IMG/VR virus record: IMGVR_UViG_3300006099_000007
Location: 15,529 to 79,528 of that record
From: a virus
Taxonomy: Duplodnaviria > Caudoviricetes
DNA length: 64,000 bases
Direction: 5' to 3' (one strand)
Both the position numbers and the translations under genes were made by a program. Below are positions 46,298 through 57,900 of the stretch, piece by piece (position 1 is the stretch's first letter; each line of letters opens with the position of its first letter). A model generated the notes under the pieces. It ran no database searches and was not told the origin of the DNA. It saw only the letters and a program-made list of their open reading frames with translations.

Positions 46298-47907
46298 CGG
46301 AGCCTGCGAAGACGAGACCGGATTGGAAGGAGCTGCTGGCCGACAGGTGGTGGCGCCTTAATCATTTGTATTGGATTGAGGATAAGGAGGGCCGGATGGT
46401 GCGCTTCCGCCCGAATTGGGCCCAGGAGGAGCTTTTTCACGGGCTTTGGTTCCGCAATACGATTTTGAAGGTGCGCCAGCTGGGGATTTCTACGTTTTGC
46501 GCCATTTATATGCTGGATCTTTGCCTGTTTGGGAGGAATCAGCATTGCGGGATTATTGATAAGACGCTGGAGGACGGGGAGGCCAAGCTGCGCAAGATTG
46601 CTTTTGCTTATGAGCATTTGGATTTTTTGCCGGAGAATCCGACGATGGAGGACCGGGCGCTGGCTGCTTTGGGGAGGATGGTTAAGGAGGGGTGCGCTGT
46701 GGTGGAGAAGAGGGCCACCCGCATGGCCTGGTCCACGAACGGGTCTGTTGATGTAGGGGTTAATTTGCGCGGGTCCACTCTCCAGTTTTTGCATATTTCC
46801 GAGTTTTCCTATACGGCGCTGCATGATCCGGCCAGGGCCAGGAAGATCCGCACGGGCGCGTTGAATACCGTTGGCAAGAGCTGCGTGGTGGTGATGGAGT
46901 CCACCCACGAGGGAGGGAAGGCCGGGCTGGCTTACCAGTTGATGGAGCAGGCTATGGAGATGGTGGGCAAGCCTCTTTCCAGCCTGGATTTCAGGTTTTT
47001 CTTTTTTTCCTGGATTCAGCATCGGGAGTATTGCCTGGAGGGGGTGGAGCCGAGGCTGGATGATTTTTTGCGGGATTATTTTTCCGATTTGAAGAGGCGT
47101 TACGGGATTGAGTTGTCCGAGGGGCAGAAGGCGTGGTACGCTACCCAGTACAGGATTAACGGGGCGGAGGTGAAGCAGGAGTTTCCCACCGTGCCGGAGG
47201 AGGCTTTGCAGACGTCCGTGGAGGGGGCTATTTACGGGAGGTGGATTTCTGCCCTGCGGGCCGAGGGGAGGATCGCAGCCGAGTTTGAAGTGGATGACGT
47301 GGCTCCGATTTATGCTTCCTGGGATTTGGGGTTGAGCGATTTTATGGCGATTTGGCTTTGGCAGGTGGTGGGCGGCAGGTATTACGCGCTGGATTATATT
47401 GCCGGGAATAATCAGGCGGTTGATTATTACGTGGGGCAGATCCGGATGAGGGAGAGGGAGTTCGGGCCTGTCGCCCTGCACCTGCTGCCGCACGATGCGG
47501 CCAGGAGGGATTTTTCCAAGACTTCTTTTGAGTCCGTGCTGCAGCGGGCCGGGTTCCGCACGGCGATCGTGCCGCGCACGTCCGATGTCTGGACCGGGAT
47601 TAACGCGCTGCGGAATATGCTGCGTTTTTGCGTGTTTCATGAGCGCTGCAACCGGCGCCCGGAGATTGACGGGCAGAAGTATGTTTCCGGGGTGGGTTCC
47701 CTGGAGTATTACCGCAGTTTGCCGCCGGGGTCCAACGGGTGCGTGCGGGAGATGCCGCTTCATGACGCCTGTTCCCATGGCGCGGATGCCGCACGAACCT
47801 TTGCGGAGGCGGTGAGCCGCGGCCTGGTGTCCGGTCATGCAGGGGAGCCGGAGAAGGTGAAGAGGCCTCACAGACGCCCCGACGCTCTGGAGGGGATGCT
47901 TTATTGA
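46294..47907 (+). CDS. Terminase large subunit
   Basis: LKVRQLGIST, LHISE, EST, WDLG, LPHDA and HDACSHGADAAR motifs. Confidence 0.9.
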   Translation: MTEPAKTRPDWKELLADRWWRLNHLYWIEDKEGRMVRFRPNWAQEELFHGLWFRNTILKVRQLGISTFCAIYMLDLCLFGRNQHCGIIDKTLEDGEAKLRKIAFAYEHLDFLPENPTMEDRALAALGRMVKEGCAVVEKRATRMAWSTNGSVDVGVNLRGSTLQFLHISEFSYTALHDPARARKIRTGALNTVGKSCVVVMESTHEGGKAGLAYQLMEQAMEMVGKPLSSLDFRFFFFSWIQHREYCLEGVEPRLDDFLRDYFSDLKRRYGIELSEGQKAWYATQYRINGAEVKQEFPTVPEEALQTSVEGAIYGRWISALRAEGRIAAEFEVDDVAPIYASWDLGLSDFMAIWLWQVVGGRYYALDYIAGNNQAVDYYVGQIRMREREFGPVALHLLPHDAARRDFSKTSFESVLQRAGFRTAIVPRTSDVWTGINALRNMLRFCVFHERCNRRPEIDGQKYVSGVGSLEYYRSLPPGSNGCVREMPLHDACSHGADAARTFAEAVSRGLVSGHAGEPEKVKRPHRRPDALEGMLY

Positions 47908-47928
47908 GATGCGGCAGGGATAGAAACA

Positions 47929-47946
47929 TTGATTCTCGCCAACTTG
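47929..47946 (+). promoter_or_regulatory. Unit-2 late-gene motif, copy 3
   Basis: TTGATTCTCGCCAACTTG upstream of tail tubular A. Confidence 0.65.
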
Positions 47947-47978
47947 AAGGAAGTCCGCCCTCATGCGATTGTTGGGGA

Positions 47979-48524
47979 ATGGATAAGCTGACGTTTTTTT
48001 CACAGTGCCTTTCCCTGCTGGGGGATCAGGAGTTTGTGATGGATTCCCCGGCGGCCAGGGCTTGCGAGTTGTGGTTTCCATCCGTGATGCTGGAGGCCGT
48101 TTCCTATGGCCCGTGGTCGTTTGCCACGAAGGAGGCCGTGCTGGCGTGCCCGGAGGGGAACGGCCGGTTTCCGCTGCCGGAGGATTGCCTGAAGTTGTTG
48201 AAGGTGGAGGCCAGGCGCTGGCGCATGGCCGGCCGCGTGGTGATTTGCGAGGAAGCTCCTTCCCTGCTGCAGGTGCGGTTTTTGTCCAATGAGGCGGCTT
48301 TGGCAGAGATGCTGCCGGATCATGAGCCTTTGTTTGTGGAGGCCGTGAAGTGTTTGCTGGCTTCCAAGGTGGCGGCCACGGTGACGGGCAAGCCGCAGAA
48401 TGTGGGCGTGTTTTTGGAGTTGTACAGGGGGTATGTTGCCGACGCCCTGTATCACGATGTGAGCCAGCGCGGGAGCAATGACCAGCATCCGCTGAAGGAT
48501 ATTTTGGATCGTTCCATTTTGTAG
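47979..48524 (+). CDS. Tail tubular protein A-like (adaptor)
   Basis: WSFAT..FPLPEDCL..FVEAVKCLLASKVA pattern. Confidence 0.8.
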   Translation: MDKLTFFSQCLSLLGDQEFVMDSPAARACELWFPSVMLEAVSYGPWSFATKEAVLACPEGNGRFPLPEDCLKLLKVEARRWRMAGRVVICEEAPSLLQVRFLSNEAALAEMLPDHEPLFVEAVKCLLASKVAATVTGKPQNVGVFLELYRGYVADALYHDVSQRGSNDQHPLKDILDRSIL

Positions 48525-48528
48525 GGTT

Positions 48529-49224
48529 ATGGGCAGTATCGGTTCTTATGCGACGAACAGGGCCAACGCGAAGAGCGCGCTGGCACAGGGACGGGCGGCG
48601 CGGGATGCCGCGTATGTGAATGCGGCCAATACCGAGGCGGAGTCCGCTTCCGCTTTGCGTCTTGCCGCCGAGAATATGGCGACAGCCAGGCGCAATCAGA
48701 CGGCCGCCACGGCTTCCGTGCGGGCTGGGAGGGGCGCTTCCGGGTTTACTTCCGAGGGGTCCGGCAGCCAGGCGGAGCTTGCCGCGGCCGAAGTGCTGGA
48801 GAAGCAGATTTCCGATTTGTCCCTGGGCGCGGCGATCAGCGACCAGAGCAAGCGCTATGAGGCGGCGATGCAGCGCTGGGAGGGGGATGCCGCGCTGGTG
48901 AGCGCGCAGAATCAGGCGGCGGCTTATAAGTCCGCCGCTTCCGGGGCCCTGGTGTCCACGGGGATTCAGCTTGGCGGGGCTTTGATAGGCAGCATTGGCG
49001 CCGGAATGGGGGCTTTCGGTTCGACGACGGCCGACCAGGGGTTTTTTGCCGGTTATGATCTGGGCGGTTTGGCCGGGAGCGTGTTTCCCGGGTCTACGGC
49101 GGATCCCCGCCTGGGGATGATGACGCTGGGGGCCTGGGCGGCGAGTCCGGAGAAGAGCGGGTTTTCTTTTTACGATTACCTGGGCGGCCAGAAGTGGAAT
49201 CCTTACAGGAGCGTGTGGCGATGA
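48529..49224 (+). CDS. Internal virion protein (Ala/Gly-rich)
   Basis: Composition and position typical of podovirus ejection proteins. Confidence 0.6.
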   Translation: MGSIGSYATNRANAKSALAQGRAARDAAYVNAANTEAESASALRLAAENMATARRNQTAATASVRAGRGASGFTSEGSGSQAELAAAEVLEKQISDLSLGAAISDQSKRYEAAMQRWEGDAALVSAQNQAAAYKSAASGALVSTGIQLGGALIGSIGAGMGAFGSTTADQGFFAGYDLGGLAGSVFPGSTADPRLGMMTLGAWAASPEKSGFSFYDYLGGQKWNPYRSVWR

Positions 49225-49574
49225 ATGCGTTTGATGCGACCGTGAGCGCTTATGCGGAGGTGGGCCGGGATTTGTGGACGGATGTGAAGGATTGCGCGTC
49301 CCTGGGGCTGGCGTTCGTTTCCCCGGAGGAGGTGTGCCTGGCTCTGCCCTCCGAGAGGCTGGGTGAGTTGTGTTTTCCTCCTGTGGGCATGCCGGATCTT
49401 CCGGAGAGGTGCTTGTTTGTGTGGTGGGCGGCCGGGGAGCCGCGCGAGCTGGCCCGGCTGGCCCGGCAGTTTTCCCGCAGAGGTTTTACGCATGTGGCCT
49501 GGCAGCGGTTTTTGCGCGGGCCGAAGGTGCATGTTTTTTCCATTGATCAACTTACCGGTTTTATATCACGATGA
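49221..49574 (+). CDS. Small protein, possibly GNAT-like
   Basis: Coupled between internal virion genes. Confidence 0.4.
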   Translation: MNAFDATVSAYAEVGRDLWTDVKDCASLGLAFVSPEEVCLALPSERLGELCFPPVGMPDLPERCLFVWWAAGEPRELARLARQFSRRGFTHVAWQRFLRGPKVHVFSIDQLTGFISR

Positions 49575-51928
49575 GCGAGTTTTCTTTATACGGCGGGCCG
49601 TCCCTGCAGACGGCCAAGGCTGATCCCGGTGTCGCGGCGCGGGCCGCCAATGGCGATCAGGGCCAGGTGCTGGGCGCGTCCGTCCAGAAGGCCGAAGAGG
49701 CGGTTCAGGGGAGCGCGGAGGCGTTTGCCAGGATTTCCGATTTCGGGGAGATGCAGCGGCAGGAGGTGGAGCTGCGACGCATCCGGGACGAGTCCGACGC
49801 GAAGTTTTCCAGGATGCTGGCTTTCGCGCCGGGCACGAAGGAGAGCGTTTTTGAGAAGGACGGTTCCATCCGGCAGGGGAAGCTGAAAGATTTGGCTTAC
49901 GAGTTCGGCCAGAAGATTGACGCGCTGGGTGGCAGTTTTTTCCACCCGGAGAGCGCCATGAAGGCGGAGGCTGTCAGGGCTTCCGTGAGGTCAAGCCTGC
50001 CGGAACGTTATTGGGGGCTGGCTGCCAAACATCAGCTGGGCGTTGCCAGACAGGCTTTCGATACGAGTTTGAAGCTGGCCGAGGAGAAGCAGGATTGGGG
50101 CGGTTACGAGAGGTCTGTTGATGACGCCGTAGCTTCCGGCACGATTTCCCGTGACGAAGGTGAGCTGCGTTTATTGAGAGGGAGGAAGAAGGCTTCCCGC
50201 CATCATTTTGAGAACCTGGCCGCGACTAACCCGGATCTTGCCGCCGAGATGATTAACCGCGGGGAGCTGGACGGGTATTTTTCCGCCTCCGAACAGGATG
50301 AGATGATGCGTTCTTTGCGGCGTCAGGACGACAACAGGCTTACGGAGGTAGTCGAGCAGACGGCTTCCCGTCCTAAGTCAAAGAACGACAGGCAGGCCGT
50401 GACGAATGCTTTGCTGTCCGGTCCCGTCTATCAGGAAGAATTGGGGTTTCATGCGGTTTATGAGCGCGACGGGGATTACAGCGCCTGCGCTCCGCAGATT
50501 GATTCTTTCATTTACCGGGTTGCGGATATGGTGAGGGCTGGAGAAGAAGGGCCGGATTTGGCGAGCAAGAAGGAAAATGTGATCCTTCTGTGCAAGCGTT
50601 ACGCGAAGTCAGCCGAGTTCCAGAAGGATGTTTTGAACCGCATGGATAAGTGGGCCAAGCGCAAGGAAAAGTACAAGATGTTGAATGTTTCCGAGCGCAT
50701 GAAGGAGATGGATGGGGCTCCGTTGTACCGTCAGGCGGATTATAATAACGTCATTGGCACTCTTGATGCCGAGGCGAAGAATGCCTGGCAACTCTACGCT
50801 GATTCCTCCAAAGGGTCCGACACACCCAAAGACAGTGAAGATACATGGATCAAGAGGTTCAAGAAGGAGAAGATTGAGAACCTGCAAAAGAATCTTGCCG
50901 CCAAGACCGAGATTGCCGTTCGTGATGATTTTGAGGCCTGGTTTGATGGAGAGGTGCAGGGGAACGGGAAGGAGCCTTCCTATGTTTTGCAGGAGGATAT
51001 GCTTCAGACTATTTTAAGAAAAGTAACAGGTCGCAATGATTTAGTTATTCCGAGTCGTGGGAGATTGATGGATGAATACCAGCAGACTGCAAGCGAGAAA
51101 TGGAGAGATAGGGATAGTGAACGGTTTAATGCTGGCCCCAAATTATTGAGTGAAGGGGAGAAGCAGACGCTGCGCCGGAAGGATATGTTGCGCAAGCCGT
51201 TTACGTTCCCTGCCATGGTTTCCGTAGATACCGTGAATACGAACGCGCCCGCCGGCATTCTTCTGCCGGAGAGCATGAGGCAGCGGTTTGGCGACGACGT
51301 TTCCGGACTGGCCGCCCTGGTTCCTTCTTCCTCTTCTTCCCGCCGCGGGAAGCCCCTTCCCGTGGTGGGCTACACCAGGGGGAGTTCCCCCCAGCTTACC
51401 CTGTCCGGCGCCAGCAAGCTGCGGATGACGTTTTCTTCCAAGATGGATACGAATGTGACGATTTCCCCTGCCAGCCCGGAAATGAGGGAGTTTTTCAAGA
51501 GAGAATATCCGGGAAGCCAGGATTGGGAGCAGGATGCCGGAGAGTCCAGGGTGCCTGCCGCCAAGCTGGGGGGGCTGGGACAGTACAGCCAGGCTTTTTA
51601 TGATGCGGGAAGGAAGTATGGCGTGGATCCGAAGCTGTTGATGGCTATTGCCATGCACGAGACCGGCAAGGGAACGAGCGCCGCTTTCCTGCGCAAGAAT
51701 AACGCCATGGGCATCAGCCCGAATGGAGGGGGACCGCGCACTTTTTCCTCCGTGGAAGAGAGCATTAATTACGCCGCCCGCCTGTTGAGGAAGCATTATC
51801 TGGACCAGGGGTTGACGACGATTGCCGCCATTGGAGGGAAGTACGCTCCGGCAGGAGCCGGGAATGATCCGCGCGGATTGAATAAGCATTGGGTCAACGG
51901 CGTAAGCAAGTATTACAAATCATTTTAA
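49571..51928 (+). CDS. Internal virion protein with C-terminal glucosaminidase/lysozyme-like domain
   Basis: YGVDPKLLMAIAMHETG..NNAMG..FSSVEESI..GGKYAP motif. Confidence 0.8.
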   Translation: MSEFSLYGGPSLQTAKADPGVAARAANGDQGQVLGASVQKAEEAVQGSAEAFARISDFGEMQRQEVELRRIRDESDAKFSRMLAFAPGTKESVFEKDGSIRQGKLKDLAYEFGQKIDALGGSFFHPESAMKAEAVRASVRSSLPERYWGLAAKHQLGVARQAFDTSLKLAEEKQDWGGYERSVDDAVASGTISRDEGELRLLRGRKKASRHHFENLAATNPDLAAEMINRGELDGYFSASEQDEMMRSLRRQDDNRLTEVVEQTASRPKSKNDRQAVTNALLSGPVYQEELGFHAVYERDGDYSACAPQIDSFIYRVADMVRAGEEGPDLASKKENVILLCKRYAKSAEFQKDVLNRMDKWAKRKEKYKMLNVSERMKEMDGAPLYRQADYNNVIGTLDAEAKNAWQLYADSSKGSDTPKDSEDTWIKRFKKEKIENLQKNLAAKTEIAVRDDFEAWFDGEVQGNGKEPSYVLQEDMLQTILRKVTGRNDLVIPSRGRLMDEYQQTASEKWRDRDSERFNAGPKLLSEGEKQTLRRKDMLRKPFTFPAMVSVDTVNTNAPAGILLPESMRQRFGDDVSGLAALVPSSSSSRRGKPLPVVGYTRGSSPQLTLSGASKLRMTFSSKMDTNVTISPASPEMREFFKREYPGSQDWEQDAGESRVPAAKLGGLGQYSQAFYDAGRKYGVDPKLLMAIAMHETGKGTSAAFLRKNNAMGISPNGGGPRTFSSVEESINYAARLLRKHYLDQGLTTIAAIGGKYAPAGAGNDPRGLNKHWVNGVSKYYKSF

Positions 51929-51957
51929 CATTGAACATATTATAAATATTTTTCACT

Positions 51958-54900
51958 ATGAACGACAATTTTTCCTTTGACGGGGCCGACGCTGCGGATA
52001 TGCCTCTGGATCTTTCTTTTTCCTCCCTGCCGCTGCCGGAGGGCGAGGCTGCCGCCGGATTTCACCTGCCGGAGATGGAACCGGGAACAGGACAGGAGCA
52101 AGCAGCAGCCGACATTAATCTTTTGAATGGAAGCGACGTGATGGAAACCACTCCTTCCCCTTTTCCTGCTCCGGAAGATCCTTCCGAAACGGAGTTCCGT
52201 CCGCAGCTGACGGATCCTGAATCCCTGCATGACCAGGGGGCTATGATGATGTACGGCGCAGCAGAGCGAGAAGAGAGGCGCAGAAAGGATAAGCAGGCCC
52301 GGCTGATGGATGTGCTGCGGGCCGGGGCCATGGATGGAGAGGGCAGAAAGAAAGCTGCGGAACTCTGGGGCCAAGATGCTCTGAACCGCCTTGATCTGGC
52401 TAGCGAACATGACCGAGCTTATATGCTTGGGAATCGCCTGATGGAGACCATCGGTGACGGAGATAGAGATGTAGGCCGCCAGATTTACAAGAACGCCAAC
52501 AATTTGTGGGGAACAGATGTTGTTACGGCAGACCAGATTTGGAAGGATTTTCAAGGGAGGCATCAGAAGACGCTGGACGCCTATAATGAAAATCTGAAGA
52601 GGGTTCAGACTGAACAGGAGGAGATTTCCCGCCGGATAGTGGATTGCGTAGCCGGGAAGGAAGGCAGCTGGGACGCGTGTCCTGCCGATTTGCTGAAGTA
52701 TGCCGAGAGTCCGCAGAAGGCTGCCGATTCCATCATGAGGGCGCGGCGGGCGTATGCTTTTGCCGAGAGGCGCGGGTTTGAGGATGTCTGGCGCTCCGAC
52801 GCGCTGGACATGGCCGATCTGCTGACAGTGAATGTCAACGGGAATGAGGTGCTGGACCAGCAGGCGTTGATGTTGCTGATGACCGCGATTGACCGGAAGG
52901 TTCAGGAGAGCCAGACGGATTCCGCTGCTTTCTGGCGCAATTTGTATAGAAGTTTTGCCGACACGGCGCGCGGCGCGGAGAGCCTGGGCGTGAAGGCGGT
53001 TCAGGCGGTGAGGGGCATTCCCGGCATGAGCGGAATGGAAGAGTGGTATTCCAATAATATTGCTCCCCTGCAGGGGGTGAAGGATACGTTTGACGGACAA
53101 AGGCAGCTCTTCGACCGCTACGAGCAAAGACGCGAAGCGCTGAATACGATGCAGGATGTGATGCACGAGTTCGGACAGCGGATGCGGGGCACGAGCCCTG
53201 ATGCGTCCTGGTACGTCAAGGCGATTAACGGAGCCGGGAATATCACCGGGCAGAGCCTTTCCTACATGGCTCCCGGCGGCTGGGCCCTGGCGCTGGCCGG
53301 GGATATGGGGCACGCCGGGAATGCCGCCTCCCGCAACGGGGATTCCCTGGTGGACGTGACGATCAACGGGCTGCGGAATACGGTGGAGGAAAAGGGGTTT
53401 GGGGTGTTTTCCGTGTTCGGGCGCATGGGGGCCATCAACAAGCTGATGACCAGGACGGGAACCGGCGCCCTGGCGAGACTGGCCGCGAAGGTGCCGGGGC
53501 GCACGTTTTTTGCCGGGACGAGAACCGGCAAGATGCTTTCCACCCCGGCGTTTGCCTACGTGGAAGAGATGGCGGCGGAACCTCTGGCCGGGGAGTTGTT
53601 CGAGTGGACGGCCCGGAAGTTGTCCGGGATGACGGGAATGGAGGTGAAGCCGAAGGATTTCGAGGTGGTGGGCCCCGTGCTTCAGGCGATGGGGGATGTG
53701 GAGCAGTCCGGCGGATGCGCGTTGTTTGTGGCGGCCATGGCTGCCGGCCACGCTCCGAGGATGAAGCAGGAAGTGGCGGCGTTCGTGACGGATGCGCAGC
53801 GGGCCCAGCTGGCCGGATATACGAAGAAGCATGCCGAAGAGATGGCGTCTTTTTCCACGGCGGAGCACAAGGCTGCGCTGGCCCAGAAGTATTTCGAGAC
53901 TGATGTATTGAAGGATCCAGAAGGAGCCGCCGAACGGGCGCGGAAGGCCGGCGCCGAGCTGGCGGACCGGCAGGAGGCCCGGCTGTACCAGATGTCCGGC
54001 GCTCTGGACAAGGTGCTGGAGAAGGCCAACATTGGCCGTATCCGCAAGCTGGAAGGAACGGACAGGTACGAGGTGAGCCTGCGGGAGGGCGCTGTAGTGA
54101 ACGGCGTGAAGATGGAGGAAGACAGGAGCGTGGAGATGAACGAGGAGCAGACGGACGCCCTGGTTCAGGTAGTGCTGCAGGGGGCTTATTTGAATGGCGT
54201 CCGCGTGATGCAGGATGCCGTGCTGGGGAATGCCGCGATTTCGGAAGCCGGGAAGATGGATTTTATTGAGACGCTGGATATGTTGTCCGAGGAAGCGCCT
54301 GCGGAGTACCGGAAGGCGGCCGCCGAAACCGGAGGGATGACCGTCCCGGGGTTGATGGATGTGGCCGCGCGAGCCCAGGCGAGGATTGACGCGATTGTCC
54401 GGGAAGAGGGCGTGTCCGTCCAGGAAGCCAGAAGCAGGACGGATGCCGAAGTGATGGGGAAGGTTCAGCTTGGTTCCATTGCCGATTTGGCGGCGGCTTT
54501 TGAGAGGCGTCTTGATCATGCAGTGCGTTCCGGAGAGATTACGAGGGGGAGATCCGAGGAGATCAGGAACGGCACGGCGGCGGCCAGCTTCGCCCACCGG
54601 TTTACGATGGCGACCGATCCTGGGAGTTCCCTGCTGCTTTACGCAGGAGGCCATGCCACGACGGCCAACGTGATGGAGGATGTGCAGGAGTCCGCCCTGG
54701 TTCATTACATGAACCTGACCGGGAAGGATTGGCAGGATTTGTGGGAGCATTTGCAGGCGGCGGACGCCGTGTTGGGAAGGTACGGCGTGAGTCTGGGGAC
54801 GTATGAGGGCCCGGCGCATGATGCCAGGGACGTGGTGGAAAGTTTTTCCAACCTGTCCCTGTCTTCCTCCCTGGCGGATATTGAGAGCCTGCCCGTGCCA

Positions 54901-57900
54901 CAGTGGGTGAAGGACACCGCGGAGTTCGCCCTGAAGAATCTGGAGGATTCCGCCCGCATCATACGCATGGGCGAGCAATGGAACGAGTTTGCCGCGACGG
55001 ACGAGGGGAAGAAGTTTATGGAAGAGCACGGAGGCCTGGCAGACGCCCTGCAGGCCGTGGGCGTGAGTACGGAGAGCGTTTTCCGCCAGGCGCGGATGGA
55101 TGCCGCGCAGAAACTGGATGTGGAGATGGTGCACGCGGACCTTGCTTCCCGCAGGGCTCCGGGGGATGCCACGATGACGCTGGGCGAGCTGGAGGCACTG
55201 GAAGAGTCCATGGCGCGGATGGATGCCGCGGAGGATGTGGAAGAGACCGCGGAAGAGGAGGATGAGACTGATCCCGTGACCGGCATTGCCGGGAATTCGG
55301 CATCCCCCGCTCCGCTGGTGGAGGATGCCGGCGGCTCCCTGGAGGGGGTGGGGGAAGAGGCCGAACACGATGAAGAGGCCGGCGCGGAGTTCCGCGATCA
55401 CGCGTTTGTGCGGGTGGCGCCGGATTGCGTGTTTGCCCAGGTGCGGGTGGATTCCCTGGCCCTGGCGCCGGATGTGGAGCAGTTCAAGCAGGGAGATCAT
55501 AATGAACGCGGAGCCGTGAAGGGGCGCGAGCTTCAGGGATGGTTCCGGGAAGACGCCCAGCCCATTTCCGTGTGGCGGCGCAGGGATGGAGCCCTGCATG
55601 TGATTACCGGACGCCACCGGTTTGATTTGGCCGTGCGCGACGGGGTGGAGTTTATTCCGGCTTACGTGTATGAAGAAGATGATGCGCATGACGCCACTTG
55701 GGCGAAGATGCACGACGTCGGGCAGAATATGCTGGACGGTCAGGCGTCCGCGCTGGAGGTGGCTTTTTTTGTCCGGAATTCCAATATGGGCCGGGACGAG
55801 ATGGAGGCGCAGGGGTATTTGCGCCCCGGTTCCGCCAATGTGATGGGCTGGGATATTGCCACCCTGGCCGGGGATGAGGTGTTTACCCGCCTGAAGAACG
55901 GGGTGATTACGGATAACGAGGCGTGGAAGGTATGCCGCCTGTCTTCAACGGAGGCGGGACAGATGCTTGCCCTGCAGCTGCGCGAGAAGGGGAAGCCGTG
56001 GGATTACGTGGCGGCCTATGTGAAGGAGGCGGACCGGGTGGCTGCGGAGAAGTCCCGGGAGGGAGAGGCGTTTGATTTGTTCGGCAACGATACGTCCTGG
56101 CAGGAGGATTGCGAGAAGGTGGCCCGCTTTGCGGCCCGGGGGATTTCCCTGATTGCCGAACGCCTGTCCCTTCTGAAGAAGTCCAGAGGCATCAGCCGGC
56201 GGAAGGATTTGGCGGGCAGGATGGGCATCCGCCTGGAGACGGACGCAGATTTGAATGCGGCCATTCATGATTTGGAAAGAGCCAAGGGGGCATGGCAGTC
56301 CCATGACCCGGCGCTGCACCTTCATGACCGCGCCCTTGCCTGGGACGGCACGAGTGAAGTGAATCCGTTCGAGCGTGTGCCCGTTTCCGGGGCGACGTTT
56401 TCCGTGGTTGCCATGGATAGTTCCGGAACTGTCCTGGCTCCGGAGACGTTCGTCACCCGGGAAGACGGAAGTCCTGACTGGTTTGTGATTCCGCGCCGCA
56501 AGAGGCAGCCAGCCATGCCGGTGCGGCTGCTGGTGGGTTCCGATGTCGGGGAGCATCGCGGCTATGGACTGACCCATATCCTGGCTTCCCGCGGGTTTTC
56601 CTTCTGGAAGGACCGTTCCCCGGAACGCTATATCAGTTCCATTCTGGCGAATGTGAGCGAGCTTTACGAGGTGGCGCCCGGGCGTGAGCTGCTGGTTAAG
56701 GGAAGGCAGCCTTCTTCATGGATGCTGCTGCAATTGGACCGGAAGGACGGGTTTTATTCCATTGTCTCGGCTTATCCAGTGCGGCAGGGCAAGAAGCCGC
56801 TGGGGAAGAAGCTCCCCCTTGCAGAGCGACAACCTGCAAACGCGAATAGCGGCACCGCGCGCCTAGGTCCAGGATCGGCAAGCAAGGCCGCTCTGCCGTC
56901 CCAATCCGCTGGCGGGGGAGATGGTTTTTCCTTACCACAAGGGGCGCATGTTGTCAACGTGAATGAAGTGGAATGCCGGTTTGACGACGGGGCTATTGTT
57001 CCGGCGACGTTTTCCCTATCTCTGGAAAAAGAGGCAATCAAGAAGGAAGCTGTGGCTGCGGGCACGTTCATGAAGGCCCCGAACGGGAAGGAAACGAATC
57101 TGACGGAAGACCAGTGGCTTGCCGTGCGCACGGCGGCGTTTAAGAATTGGTTTGGCGATTGGGAGAAGGATCCGCAGAATGCTTCCAAGGTGGTGGACGA
57201 GAACGGGGAGCCGAGGGTGGTGTATCATGGGACATACGGTGATTTCACGGTGTTTGACAAGGCCAAGATTGGATCTGCTACTGATTATGGTATATGGGGT
57301 AGAGGATTTTATTTTACCAATATGGAGAATACTCCGTACGGGAACAAGAAGCTGGCTCTGTTTCTGAATATCAGGAATCCGTTTATTTTTAATGATTACA
57401 AGTCTGCTGAAGAGATAGGCGATTATTTAAATATTTGGGATGGGAATTTTCATGAAGATGACAGGTTTGGAATATTCCGGCCGTATGCGACAGGAGCGGC
57501 CCAGATAGCCGATAGTGCTCAAGAAAGAGGACATGATGGACTCATTGCTGTACTGGGTAAATGGACGGAGTACATTGCCTTTGAGCCGAATCAGATCAAG
57601 TCCTCCACGAACAACCGGGGGACGTTTGATCCGAAGAATCCGGACATTACGTTTTCCATTGTTTCGGCACAGGAACAGGGCTTGTTCCGGGACGGCCATT
57701 TTGAGGCGGGCAACGCTGTGATTACGGAACCGGGGGTGACGTTCTCCATTACTGCCCTGCATGCTTCCCCTCACAGTTTTCGCAAGTTTGATACGGCGTT
57801 CATGGGCAAGGGGGAAGGAGCGCAGGCGTATGGCTGGGGACTTTATTTTGCGGAAAATCCGGAGGTGAACCGGAGTTATATGAACCAGTTCGCGCAGGAT

